A stretch of 64,000 nt of DNA from positions 86,339-150,338 of the forward strand of contig DATION010000005.1 of NCBI GenBank assembly GCA_035473115.1, given 5' to 3'. Positions within the stretch are counted from its first letter, which is position 1, and each line of letters begins with the position of its first letter. Below the pieces are notes generated by a model. The model worked only from the letters and a program-made list of their open reading frames with translations. It ran no database searches and had not been told where the DNA came from. Below are positions 30,608-39,469 of the stretch, one piece after another. Source of the DNA: Candidatus Udaeobacter sp. (lineage in GTDB: Bacteria > Patescibacteriota > Patescibacteriia > Magasanikbacterales > GWA2-37-8). The position numbers and the translations under genes are program-made.

Positions 30608-31036
30608 CTAAATGGATCCGGCAGAAGAATTTTTGGTAGTAGCTGAAATTAAAACAGTAATTACGTAAGTTGTTAAAGCGTAAGCGGACAGAATAATTGC
30701 CAAACCAATAACTCCGTTGGTTAACAAGCTTTTGGCTGTGCTTATCTTATCCTCTTCACCGCCGGCAGTCATCCATAAAAATCCGGCATACAAAGCCATT
30801 ACAAAAAATATTATCCCCACAAAACCTAAAGCAAACCGGATAACTGTCGCTACCATTAAACGTATATCTTTTGAGTTTGCGTTTGAAGTGTTAACACCGG
30901 CGGCATTACCGGCTGTTCTTAACTGATCTAAGGCTTCTTGCTGAACGCTAGACGTAGCCGCTACAGCATAATCACTAAAAACAAAACCAACAGTAAGCAG
31001 TAGTAGTGAAAAAAAAGTTATAAATATTTTTTGCAT
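30608..31036 (-). CDS. VirB2/TrbC-like pilin family protein, paralog 2
   Basis: LYAGFLWMTAGGEEDKISTAKS...IGLAIILSAYALT core. Confidence 0.5.
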   Translation of the reverse strand: MQKIFITFFSLLLLTVGFVFSDYAVAATSSVQQEALDQLRTAGNAAGVNTSNANSKDIRLMVATVIRFALGFVGIIFFVMALYAGFLWMTAGGEEDKISTAKSLLTNGVIGLAIILSAYALTTYVITVLISATTKNSSAGSI

Positions 31037-31042
31037 AAAAAA

Positions 31043-31417
31043 TTAAGAAGTAAGCTCAAATGATTTTGATAGAACAAAATAGGTAATGCTATAAGCTGAC
31101 AAAATAATAATTAAACCGATTACCGCAGTCTTTAAAATTCCCATTGCTTTTTCGATATTTTCTTCATTGCCGCCGGCTGTCATCCACAAAGCTCCGGCAT
31201 AGACAGTTAAAGCCAAAAATACTACTCCCAAAGTTCCTAAAATTACTTTGATAAACTTACCAACTGTTTCGGAAAAAGTATTGCTGCCGACAGCTGTTGT
31301 TGAATAACCGCTTTTTTTGGCAATATCTTGAGATAAGTCAGTTTGGGCGTAAATATTTGCAGCCGGAGATAATAATACACCAAACGACACTGCCAGTATA
31401 ATTAAAAATTTTTTCAT
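31043..31417 (-). CDS. VirB2/TrbC-like pilin family protein, paralog 3
   Basis: VYAGALWMTAGGNEENIEKA core. The start is set at the internal ATG (MKKFLIIL) to avoid overlap with the upstream gene. Confidence 0.45.
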   Translation of the reverse strand: MKKFLIILAVSFGVLLSPAANIYAQTDLSQDIAKKSGYSTTAVGSNTFSETVGKFIKVILGTLGVVFLALTVYAGALWMTAGGNEENIEKAMGILKTAVIGLIIILSAYSITYFVLSKSFELTS

Positions 31418-31428
31418 ACAAAACTTTT

Positions 31429-31941
31429 TTAGCATGATGTTAGTGTCCAGACTTCTTGAAAACCGGTGCAATCGGACTGAACACTAGGGATATTTTGACC
31501 GCTGGAAGCATTATGACAGCAGCCAAGATTAGCAGTGTTTACTGGCGGAACATTATTACTTTGCTGATTTGTGCCGGCCACCGCTCCTAATTTAGTAGTT
31601 ACGAAATAAGTGATGGCATAAGCAGACATAATAATAACCAAACCGATAATAGATGCTTTTATAATCTCTTTAGCTTTTTCTACGGGTTCTTCAGCTCCTT
31701 GCGCCGTCATCCACATCACTCCGGCATAGATAGTTAGAACTAAAAATATTGTACCCACCAAAGCTAAAATAGTTTTTATTACGGTAGCGATAGCACTCCC
31801 TAAATCACTTGAAAGCCCAGTTTTGCTTGGGTCAGCGACTTTATTTAAAATTTTACCGGCATCTTTTAATCCCTGAGCCGAAACAAACACCGGGGTCATT
31901 AAAGCCAAAGCTATACTTACAAGAACTATTTTTTTAAACAT
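31429..31941 (-). CDS. VirB2/TrbC-like pilin family protein, paralog 4, with a Cys-rich C-terminal tail
   Basis: IYAGVMWMTAQGAEEPVEKAKE core. C-terminal ...GCCHNASSGQ...DCTGF...LTSC. Confidence 0.5.
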   Translation of the reverse strand: MFKKIVLVSIALALMTPVFVSAQGLKDAGKILNKVADPSKTGLSSDLGSAIATVIKTILALVGTIFLVLTIYAGVMWMTAQGAEEPVEKAKEIIKASIIGLVIIMSAYAITYFVTTKLGAVAGTNQQSNNVPPVNTANLGCCHNASSGQNIPSVQSDCTGFQEVWTLTSC

Positions 31942-31974
31942 ATTTTATTTTCAAAAATTTATTTTAAGCTTAGC

Positions 31975-32502
31975 TTAAGGCACACAACATTGAATATTGG
32001 CTGCTCCCGGACAAGCACCAGGTATGTAGCCGCCTGCTCCAGAACAAGCTATGCTTGTATCCTGACAGACACCGCCGAGATCGGTAATACATCTATTTGA
32101 GCTTCCGGAAGAACTGGTAGAGCCGCTGCTAGTAACCTGGGTAAGACTACTAAAGACAAAGCTAGAAATAGCATAAGCGGCTAAAACAATTGCTAATCCG
32201 ATAGCCGCATGTAATAAAATATCTTTAGCTTTTTCTGCTTTATCGGAAACTCCAAAGGCAGTCATCCATAAAAATCCAGCATACAGAACCAAGATAAAAA
32301 ATATACCGCCCACAAAAGAAAGTGCCACACCAACAACATTTCCGATAAGTTCCGGAATTGTGACTGCCGGAGTTGACTTTGTATTTATTAAATTTGTACC
32401 TTGAGCGGCATCTTTTAAGCCAAAATCTTCGGCCAAAACTAAATGAGGAAGAGTTACTCCTAGTATTGCCAAAATTATAAATACTTTTTTTAATGCCCTC
32501 AT
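31975..32502 (-). CDS. VirB2/TrbC-like pilin family protein, paralog 5, with a Cys-rich C-terminal tail
   Basis: LYAGFLWMTAFGVSDKAEKAKD core. C-terminal 8-Cys tail RCITDLGGVCQDTSIACSGAGGYIPGACPGAANIQCC. Confidence 0.5.
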   Translation of the reverse strand: MRALKKVFIILAILGVTLPHLVLAEDFGLKDAAQGTNLINTKSTPAVTIPELIGNVVGVALSFVGGIFFILVLYAGFLWMTAFGVSDKAEKAKDILLHAAIGLAIVLAAYAISSFVFSSLTQVTSSGSTSSSGSSNRCITDLGGVCQDTSIACSGAGGYIPGACPGAANIQCCVP

Positions 32503-32716
32503 AAATAATGAAGTATTTTATCTTGCCTTTCTGAGCATAGTTGAGGAACTCTTTTTTAAACCGCTAAATAATTAAAAAGTTTCTCTACTTTGATCATAAT
32601 GACAGACGCCGTTTTATACTGTATTTAAACAGGGAATTACGCGCTTGTTTATCATGATATTGTCGACAAAACAAGCGCGCTGTTCTTTATAAAACAAATC
32701 CCCTGCTTTAATTTGA

Positions 32717-33097
32717 TTACGGAGCGGTTGTAGCGGAAACTAAACTGTTGATTACGTAAGTTGCCAAAGCGTAGGCAGACAAAATAATCGCCAAACCGAT
32801 AATACCAGAGAATATGTATCCCTTGGCTTCTCCTGTTTGTTCTTCATTTCCACCAGCAGTCATCCATTTAAAACCACCGATTAAGATAATTACTACGGCT
32901 ACGATACCGAGCAACCCCATAGCGGTTTTAATAATGCTAGCTACTGTGACGCGGATATCTTTTTGGCCCAAACCTGTGGAAGCGCCATATTGAATACCTA
33001 AGTCACTTGGAGTAACTAATGTTTGCGCCATTACCAAAGATGGAGCCATCATACCGATAGCTGCTAAAACAGCAAACAATTTTTTCAATTTCATCAT
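32717..33097 (-). CDS. VirB2/TrbC-like pilin family protein, paralog 6
   Basis: LIGGFKWMTAGGNEEQTGEAKG...IGLAIILSAYALATYV core. Confidence 0.5.
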   Translation of the reverse strand: MMKLKKLFAVLAAIGMMAPSLVMAQTLVTPSDLGIQYGASTGLGQKDIRVTVASIIKTAMGLLGIVAVVIILIGGFKWMTAGGNEEQTGEAKGYIFSGIIGLAIILSAYALATYVINSLVSATTAP

Positions 33098-33195
33098 ATT
33101 TTCACCCCCTTTCCAATATAAAATATATTATAATTTTCCATAAAATTTTTCACAAACCGCTAACTTTAAAATCTAAATTACTATACCATACCCAT

Positions 33196-33579
33196 TTACT
33201 TTTTGCTAGTCAGGTAATCGGTAAATGTAGACAACAATAAATAACTTGAAAAAACAAGAATTACACCGATAATTGCCCAGACCATGGTTTGCGTTCCGGT
33301 TTTTACTTTTTCTGGATTGCCGGCTGAAGTAAGCCATTGGAAGCCTCCCCAAATCAACATTAGCAAAGTTAAAGCACCAATAATTCCCAGAGCTCCTTTG
33401 ATAATAACATTAATTATACCGGTAGCTTCGGTGCCGCTGCTTAATGGGTTATCTAAACTGCAAATTTCTTGACCGCTGGCGTTAAAATTACAATTTTTTG
33501 CGGGAGAAGTTTGAGCCAACACAGAAGCAGGCAAAATAGCTAATCCGATTATATATAAAACTAAAATTATTTTTTTCAT
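33196..33579 (-). CDS. VirB2/TrbC-like pilin family protein, paralog 7
   Basis: IWGGFQWLTSAGNPEKVKTG...IGVILVFSSY core. Confidence 0.45.
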   Translation of the reverse strand: MKKIILVLYIIGLAILPASVLAQTSPAKNCNFNASGQEICSLDNPLSSGTEATGIINVIIKGALGIIGALTLLMLIWGGFQWLTSAGNPEKVKTGTQTMVWAIIGVILVFSSYLLLSTFTDYLTSKK

Positions 33580-33806
33580 AATCGAAATGAATGAGTTGAA
33601 TAATTTTAGATAAAATAATGAGTTTACTCAATTATTTTATCTAAAATTATTCATGAGTGAATGAGTTTATATTTTAATATAATCGAAATGAGTGAGTAAA
33701 ATAGACAGTGAGACATTTCATAGATCGCTTGCGAGCTAGAAATGTTGAATCTGGATATTTTTGAACGAATGAGTTTATATGGGCTTTAGCCCATATAATA
33801 ATATTT

Positions 33807-34598
33807 TTATACTCCTAAAGAGCTAAATATAAAGCTGGCCAAAACATAACTAGCTAACATCATTACTACCCCCAGAGTAGTCCAAACCATTGTGATTTTA
33901 GCTTTTTCTACCTGCTCGCTGCCACCCGAAGCGGTCATCCATAAAAATCCGGAATAAATATATAAAACCAACGCTATTGAACCAATAAAAGCTAATAAAA
34001 TTTTTATGGTTCTATTGATAATATCGGTCGGACCGGAAAAATTAGCTTTATTCAATATTGATCTGGCTTGATTTTTTAAATCTCTGGCACTTGTGCCAGA
34101 CACGCCGCTGCCAGCGGGACAAGGGTCTGAAGTTATATTGCCTTGGCATGATTTCTTGGCCGCTGAATAATACATTGATTCTATATTTTGACAGCCATCA
34201 GCTTGAACACAACCCCACTGTCTCAGAGGGGGCGGACAAGAACTCGAAATAGAACTGCAAAAATCAAAATTATCTCCGCAATAGTTTGCACATATTCTAT
34301 TGGCAGTTTCTACCGAATCAGCTGAAATAGTTTTACATTCTTCGTTTTTAATACAGCCAAACTCTTTTTCCGGCGGGCAAGGCACCGCTAAACGAAGACA
34401 ATTACCGCCAATATTAAGGCTGGCACAGGAATTTTGACAAACAAAAGCGGCAGACTCAAAACTGCCAGCTGTGACATTTTTACAACCCATATTTCCTTGA
34501 CAGCCAAACTCATCCGCTCTTGCTTTATCAGCCTGAGCTGAAAAAAATAAGATACCAGATAAAATAAATAAAATATATTTTCCTCTAAAAATTTTCAT
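33807..34598 (-). CDS. VirB2/TrbC-like pilin family protein, paralog 8, with a roughly 150-aa Cys-rich (26 Cys) mature N-terminal region
   Basis: Repeated G-C / C-x-x-C units (EFGCQGNMGCKN...VCQNSC...) followed by a YSGFLWMTASGGSEQVEKAK core. Confidence 0.5.
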   Translation of the reverse strand: MKIFRGKYILFILSGILFFSAQADKARADEFGCQGNMGCKNVTAGSFESAAFVCQNSCASLNIGGNCLRLAVPCPPEKEFGCIKNEECKTISADSVETANRICANYCGDNFDFCSSISSSCPPPLRQWGCVQADGCQNIESMYYSAAKKSCQGNITSDPCPAGSGVSGTSARDLKNQARSILNKANFSGPTDIINRTIKILLAFIGSIALVLYIYSGFLWMTASGGSEQVEKAKITMVWTTLGVVMMLASYVLASFIFSSLGV

Positions 34599-34610
34599 AC
34601 ATCAATTGTA

Positions 34611-35045
34611 TTAGCCTAACAATGTATAATCTGTTTTTAAACCAACAGCTGTTCCCAAGAATCTGACCAGCATATAAGCGCTAAAAACTATAACTAACCC
34701 GATAATGGCAGCCACCAAAATATCTTTACCTTTTTTTACCTGATCAGAAGATCCTTGAGACAGGATTAAGGTAAACCCACCATAGATAAAAGCCAGCAAC
34801 GCTAAGGCGCCGACAATCGTAAATAAATAACTGACAAACTTTAATAAGAGAATTACAAATATACTTATACTGCGGCATTCACCTTCATCGCTAGGATTGC
34901 CGGTCGGCTCTTTTAAAGCGCAGTCGGGAATAAATTTACTAGTTCCGGATGCTGTATTGGCAGTTTGTGCCAAAACTTGTTTCGTACCAAAAAACAGCGA
35001 TGCGAACATTGTAAAAATTAAAATAACTTTTGAAAAACGAGACAT
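34611..35045 (-). CDS. VirB2/TrbC-like pilin family protein, paralog 9 (most diverged)
   Basis: IYGGFTLILSQGSSDQVKKGKD...IIGLVIVFSAYML core. Confidence 0.4.
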   Translation of the reverse strand: MSRFSKVILIFTMFASLFFGTKQVLAQTANTASGTSKFIPDCALKEPTGNPSDEGECRSISIFVILLLKFVSYLFTIVGALALLAFIYGGFTLILSQGSSDQVKKGKDILVAAIIGLVIVFSAYMLVRFLGTAVGLKTDYTLLG

Positions 35046-35049
35046 AATT

Positions 35050-36414
35050 TTATTGTGTCTGACTAATCTTGGCCGCGGCGCGATTTAAAATTTCCTGTTT
35101 CCATTGCAATTCCTGCTCTGACTGAGGCGCCGGAAGCAACCATTCCCGCGTCATATCATTTAAGGCTTTAACGGCAGTATCATAATCCTTGCCTTTATAC
35201 CAACTATCAGAAACTAAAGCTTGTGAAACAAATGGATAAAGTTCGGTGTTATCCAACTGCATAGCTATATAAGCGCGCAAGGCAGATGGCCGGCCGGATT
35301 GATCTAAGTAATCTTTGGTGGCCTTGGAATGAGCTAAGTAATTTAGCAAAGCCCAAGACTCATTTTTGTTTTTTGATTTTTCTAAAACAGTCTGCACCCA
35401 ATAGTTGGCTGCGTTTACCGGCTGTTCGGGATTAAGCTGCAGCATTGGTAAAATAGAAACATTTAACTGCGGAGCGCGCGCTTTTATGACCGGATAATGA
35501 TAGCTATAACCAAAGAAGAATGCCAACGAACCATTAACGAATTTATCCAGAGCATTGTCCATGCTTTCATTCCAAGAATAGGTATCACGGGCAGGATTAG
35601 CAAAATCGGTATAAAAATCCATTACCGACATAGCTCGGCTAGCCTGATTTTGAAAAATAGCTGAACCGTTTTTATCTACCAAACTGACGCCGCTTTGTTT
35701 GAAAAGAATATAAAGAAGATCTTCAAAGCCGGGAATGTTGTTTCCAGTTCCCAGTCCGGCTCCGGATTGTAAAATTTTGCCTGATTTTTTATCAAATTTA
35801 GTCAGCTGTTTAACCGCCTTCTGAAAATCTTCCCAATTTTTTGGCGGCTCAGCCACACCCGCTTGATCGAGCAGGTCTTTATTATAAAATAAAGCGATGT
35901 TTTCTAAAGATAAAGGCAAGCCATAAACTTTTCCGTCCATTATTACGTCATTTTTAACAGCCTGAACATATTCTTTATCAATTTGAATGGCTGTCGGCAA
36001 ATTTACAGTAGGCGTGTCTATAATAGTCTGAGTTCCTAAAGTTGTTTTTTCTACCCGTACCGTGGCGTCCGGAACTGAAGCAGGCATTGGAGATAATTTT
36101 GGCTGATAAAAACGTAGCCAGCGATTGCGCACTGAAATAATATCCGGCCCTTTATCTTCGGCCAAAGCTTCAAGCAAACGCGGATAAATTTCTTCAGCTC
36201 TAAGCTGTTTTAAATTAACAGTTAAATATGGACGATCAGCTTTGTATTTATCTATCTGCACCTGCAGAGCGTCAACATCATCAAAAACAGTCCAAAATTC
36301 TAAAGTGACTGGTTTGGTAGCTTCTATTTGCTGTTGAGACAAACCTTTACAGCCTAAACCAAACAAAGGCAAAGTAATTGCTATTGCTAGAATAGGAAAA
36401 AGCTTCTTAAGCAT
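35050..36414 (-). CDS. Extracellular solute-binding lipoprotein of an ABC transporter (sugar type)
   Basis: Lipobox LFGLGC after the signal peptide. 454-aa SBP_bac_1-like composition. Confidence 0.65.
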   Translation of the reverse strand: MLKKLFPILAIAITLPLFGLGCKGLSQQQIEATKPVTLEFWTVFDDVDALQVQIDKYKADRPYLTVNLKQLRAEEIYPRLLEALAEDKGPDIISVRNRWLRFYQPKLSPMPASVPDATVRVEKTTLGTQTIIDTPTVNLPTAIQIDKEYVQAVKNDVIMDGKVYGLPLSLENIALFYNKDLLDQAGVAEPPKNWEDFQKAVKQLTKFDKKSGKILQSGAGLGTGNNIPGFEDLLYILFKQSGVSLVDKNGSAIFQNQASRAMSVMDFYTDFANPARDTYSWNESMDNALDKFVNGSLAFFFGYSYHYPVIKARAPQLNVSILPMLQLNPEQPVNAANYWVQTVLEKSKNKNESWALLNYLAHSKATKDYLDQSGRPSALRAYIAMQLDNTELYPFVSQALVSDSWYKGKDYDTAVKALNDMTREWLLPAPQSEQELQWKQEILNRAAAKISQTQ

Positions 36415-36449
36415 AGATAAATTTTATTTTGCTCTAATAGCTTTGGCTA

Positions 36450-37316
36450 TTATATCACACTGCGTAAATAACTTCTAAATTCTTCTGATAATTTTTTATC
36501 GCGCAAAGCAAAATCAACATTAGCTTTAAGGTAGCCAAGCTTTGAACCGGTATCATAATAAACGCCGTCTATCTTTTTGGCGTAAATTGGGCGTTTTTTA
36601 AGCAGTTTGAAAATTGCATCTACTAACCAAAGTTCGCTATCTTTTCCCAACTCGGTTTTTTCTAGAGCTTCAAAAATATCCGGCGTAAAAATAAAACCGC
36701 CCAAACTGGCTAAACGCGAAGGAGCTTTGGCTGGACCAGGTTTTTCTACGATATTTTTAATTTGATAAGTACCGTCTTCGACTGTTAATGCATCTATAAT
36801 CCCATGCTTTTCTGTACCTTTATCATCTACTTCATAAGCGGTAAGGACCGGATTTTCAAATTTTTCATAAACCTCTATTAGCTGTTTAAGCTGCGGTTTT
36901 TTTGGCGCATAAAAAAACTCATCGCCCCACATTACAGCAAAAGGCTCATCGCCAATAATATCTTTGGCGCATAAAACTGGCGTGCCGTTGCCATACGGAC
37001 CTTTTTGACGAATAAAGATAAAATTAGCCATATCAGCAATTTTTTGTACCTCTTCAGCCATTTCATCCTTGCCTTGTTTTTTTAGCCAATTAAATAATTC
37101 ATAATTTGGACTAAAGTGGTCCTCTACCGCCCGTTTACTTGGGCCGGTTACCATTATAATATCGGTAATGCCGGATTTTACAGCATCTTCAACTACATAT
37201 TGAATAATCGGCTTATCTACCACTGGTAACATCTCTTTTGGCTGAGCCTTGGTCGCTGGTAAAAACCGAGTGCCCAGACCAGCTACGGGAATAACTAATT
37301 TTCTGATTTTAGACAT
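36450..37316 (-). CDS. galU: UTP--glucose-1-phosphate uridylyltransferase
   Basis: VIPVAGLGTRFLPATKAQPKEMLPVVDKP signature. Confidence 0.85.
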   Translation of the reverse strand: MSKIRKLVIPVAGLGTRFLPATKAQPKEMLPVVDKPIIQYVVEDAVKSGITDIIMVTGPSKRAVEDHFSPNYELFNWLKKQGKDEMAEEVQKIADMANFIFIRQKGPYGNGTPVLCAKDIIGDEPFAVMWGDEFFYAPKKPQLKQLIEVYEKFENPVLTAYEVDDKGTEKHGIIDALTVEDGTYQIKNIVEKPGPAKAPSRLASLGGFIFTPDIFEALEKTELGKDSELWLVDAIFKLLKKRPIYAKKIDGVYYDTGSKLGYLKANVDFALRDKKLSEEFRSYLRSVI

Positions 37317-37395
37317 AAAAAATTAAATAAAAACTACCTTTCAAAACTCGGTTTATTATACAAACTAAGCCAAAACTTTGCAAATTATAAAAATA

Positions 37396-38829
37396 TTATT
37401 TTACTACTTCCCAACTGATAAGATTGTATTCCGAACCAACCGGAAATCCTGGTGGCGGGCCATAGGTTAGGTTGGCATCATAATTATAAGTTTGGGTCTG
37501 ATACCCGGAAACAACATTATTGCCTGATAACCAAGAAACACCACCCACTTTGTACAAAATTCTTGAACCAAACACATTTAAAGCTGTTTTTACGGGACTG
37601 CCTGAGCCGCTATAATTATATCTTTTGAAAGTTCCGTTCTGAGAAAGCAGAGCGCCATCAATATTCAAAGTATCCGGGCTACTATAAGGAAGTAAGATAT
37701 TTTGATCAGCGATTAAGCCTAAATTATTAGTGCCGTCAGCTGCCAGATAAGTGAGATTGCCATTGATAACCATAAACTTGCCGACTCCACCACCGACTGT
37801 TACTCGGCCTTTTAAAACTCCATCTACCCAAACATTATCATCAACATATATATAGCTACTGGTAGGAATGGTATGCACTGTGGCTGAACCAAATGTTTTA
37901 GCATCAATACACGGCGTTGGATTAACATCAAATGTTGTGCCGGTATCGGGATCTCTATCTTTGCCGGCGTGAGCTGTACAAGTTAAAACTTTTGAGACAC
38001 TGACTGTGCCATTATTTATAAAACGAATTCGCCAGCCCAATTGACCGGAAGAAGATAAATATGGCCAATTCCCTCCGCCTTCAGCCATTGTTGCCGCTTT
38101 AATTTCAGCCAATTTTGCAGTCACAGCCGAAAAATCTTTGGCCGGAACTGGAAATTGCCAATAAGTGGTCGGACCGCCCGCTCCCCAGACACCTGGTTTA
38201 TTACTGCGAGAAGAAGTATTGCCGCTACAATGAATAGTCGGGCAAGTATACGTAGCCATAGCACTCATAACTGGAGCATTAGCCACGCCGTCAAATCTGA
38301 TACCGCCATTAGCCTGAATCTTTCCAAAACTTGGGCCGGTTAAAAATAAATTTGCGTTTTGCAAAACTGCAAAATCAGCCAGGGACGGAAATCCTAAGCG
38401 TGCTTTAATGATCCGCTGACTATTTGTTTGACTGTTAAGCACGCCGGTTGATTGAACGGTAACAACTGTTGAACCGGTGGATGGTTTTGTGATAACCAAA
38501 GAAAATTGTCCGATAACTTTGCCATCTTTATCTTTATAATCATGCACATATGGCCCGGGAGTGCTGGTGCCATGACCATCATAATAATCCGTTTTGGAGT
38601 GAGCTAAATGCCAGCGATAATAATTTATTCCGGCATCGGCTATTTGCAAAGCCATTTCTCGATTATGTTTTCTGTTGGAAGCGGTGTTTTCGGCAACAGC
38701 ATAGCCGGAAAGGCCGAGGACAATTATGGATAAACTAATCGTACCAAAAACCATTACAAACAATAATATATTGCCGCGTTTATTTTTTAAAAATCTTTTA
38801 TAATTTTTTTCTAAAAATTTTAGGATCAT
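37396..38829 (-). CDS. PilX-like pilus assembly/minor pilin-associated protein (PilX_N-type N-terminus)
   Basis: KRGNILLFVMVFGTISLSIIVLGLS hydrophobic segment followed by NREMALQIADAGINYY. Confidence 0.45.
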   Translation of the reverse strand: MILKFLEKNYKRFLKNKRGNILLFVMVFGTISLSIIVLGLSGYAVAENTASNRKHNREMALQIADAGINYYRWHLAHSKTDYYDGHGTSTPGPYVHDYKDKDGKVIGQFSLVITKPSTGSTVVTVQSTGVLNSQTNSQRIIKARLGFPSLADFAVLQNANLFLTGPSFGKIQANGGIRFDGVANAPVMSAMATYTCPTIHCSGNTSSRSNKPGVWGAGGPTTYWQFPVPAKDFSAVTAKLAEIKAATMAEGGGNWPYLSSSGQLGWRIRFINNGTVSVSKVLTCTAHAGKDRDPDTGTTFDVNPTPCIDAKTFGSATVHTIPTSSYIYVDDNVWVDGVLKGRVTVGGGVGKFMVINGNLTYLAADGTNNLGLIADQNILLPYSSPDTLNIDGALLSQNGTFKRYNYSGSGSPVKTALNVFGSRILYKVGGVSWLSGNNVVSGYQTQTYNYDANLTYGPPPGFPVGSEYNLISWEVVK

Positions 38830-38840
38830 ATCCTGCTTAA

Positions 38841-39464
38841 TTAATTATCCTTCAAGTTTCTTAGCAATGCTTTTGATTCAATAAAAAATGGCACCGGAGT
38901 TAAGTGAGGATCTTCGTCAAGCTGCAAAGTAATTTTTACCATTCGCACTTTGGTAATATCTATCGGCATTGGCAAAGAGGCCTGGGCTCCGGAATAGGCG
39001 CTATCATAATAATAAAAAATATTTGTGCTGGTGTTGGCAACATCATGAGCCACTACCGTAATAACCTCATTGCCGGAAGGATAAGTGAGCGGGGTGCCAG
39101 TTGGTTTGATTACACCTTTTTTTAAAGTTCTGTTTGAAAAAAAATACCGCAATCGCTCTCTTAGAGTGTCGCTATCAATATTGCTATAAAAAACTATTGA
39201 TGAAGTGGAAGCCGATTCAATTGGATAGCCGCCAATACTGGAAAGTGAAGCTGTGCGCAATTCATTAACAAAATCCTGCGTCACTTTACGTCCTTCATTT
39301 TGAGTTTTTAATTGTTCCCAAACAATTCCGTTATACCTTGTGCTGGTTAAATAGAGGGCCGAAACTCCTAAAATTAAAAAACTAAATATACCAATAGCCA
39401 CCAGAACTTCTACCAGAGTTAAGCCGCGATTATTAATTTTAAATTCAACAAAAAATTTAGGCAT
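38841..39464 (-). CDS. Type IV pilin-like minor pilin (prepilin-type N-terminal cleavage/methylation motif)
   Basis: NRG|LTLVEVLVAIGIFSFLIL class III signal peptide. Confidence 0.65.
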   Translation of the reverse strand: MPKFFVEFKINNRGLTLVEVLVAIGIFSFLILGVSALYLTSTRYNGIVWEQLKTQNEGRKVTQDFVNELRTASLSSIGGYPIESASTSSIVFYSNIDSDTLRERLRYFFSNRTLKKGVIKPTGTPLTYPSGNEVITVVAHDVANTSTNIFYYYDSAYSGAQASLPMPIDITKVRMVKITLQLDEDPHLTPVPFFIESKALLRNLKDN

Positions 39465-39469
39465 ATATT

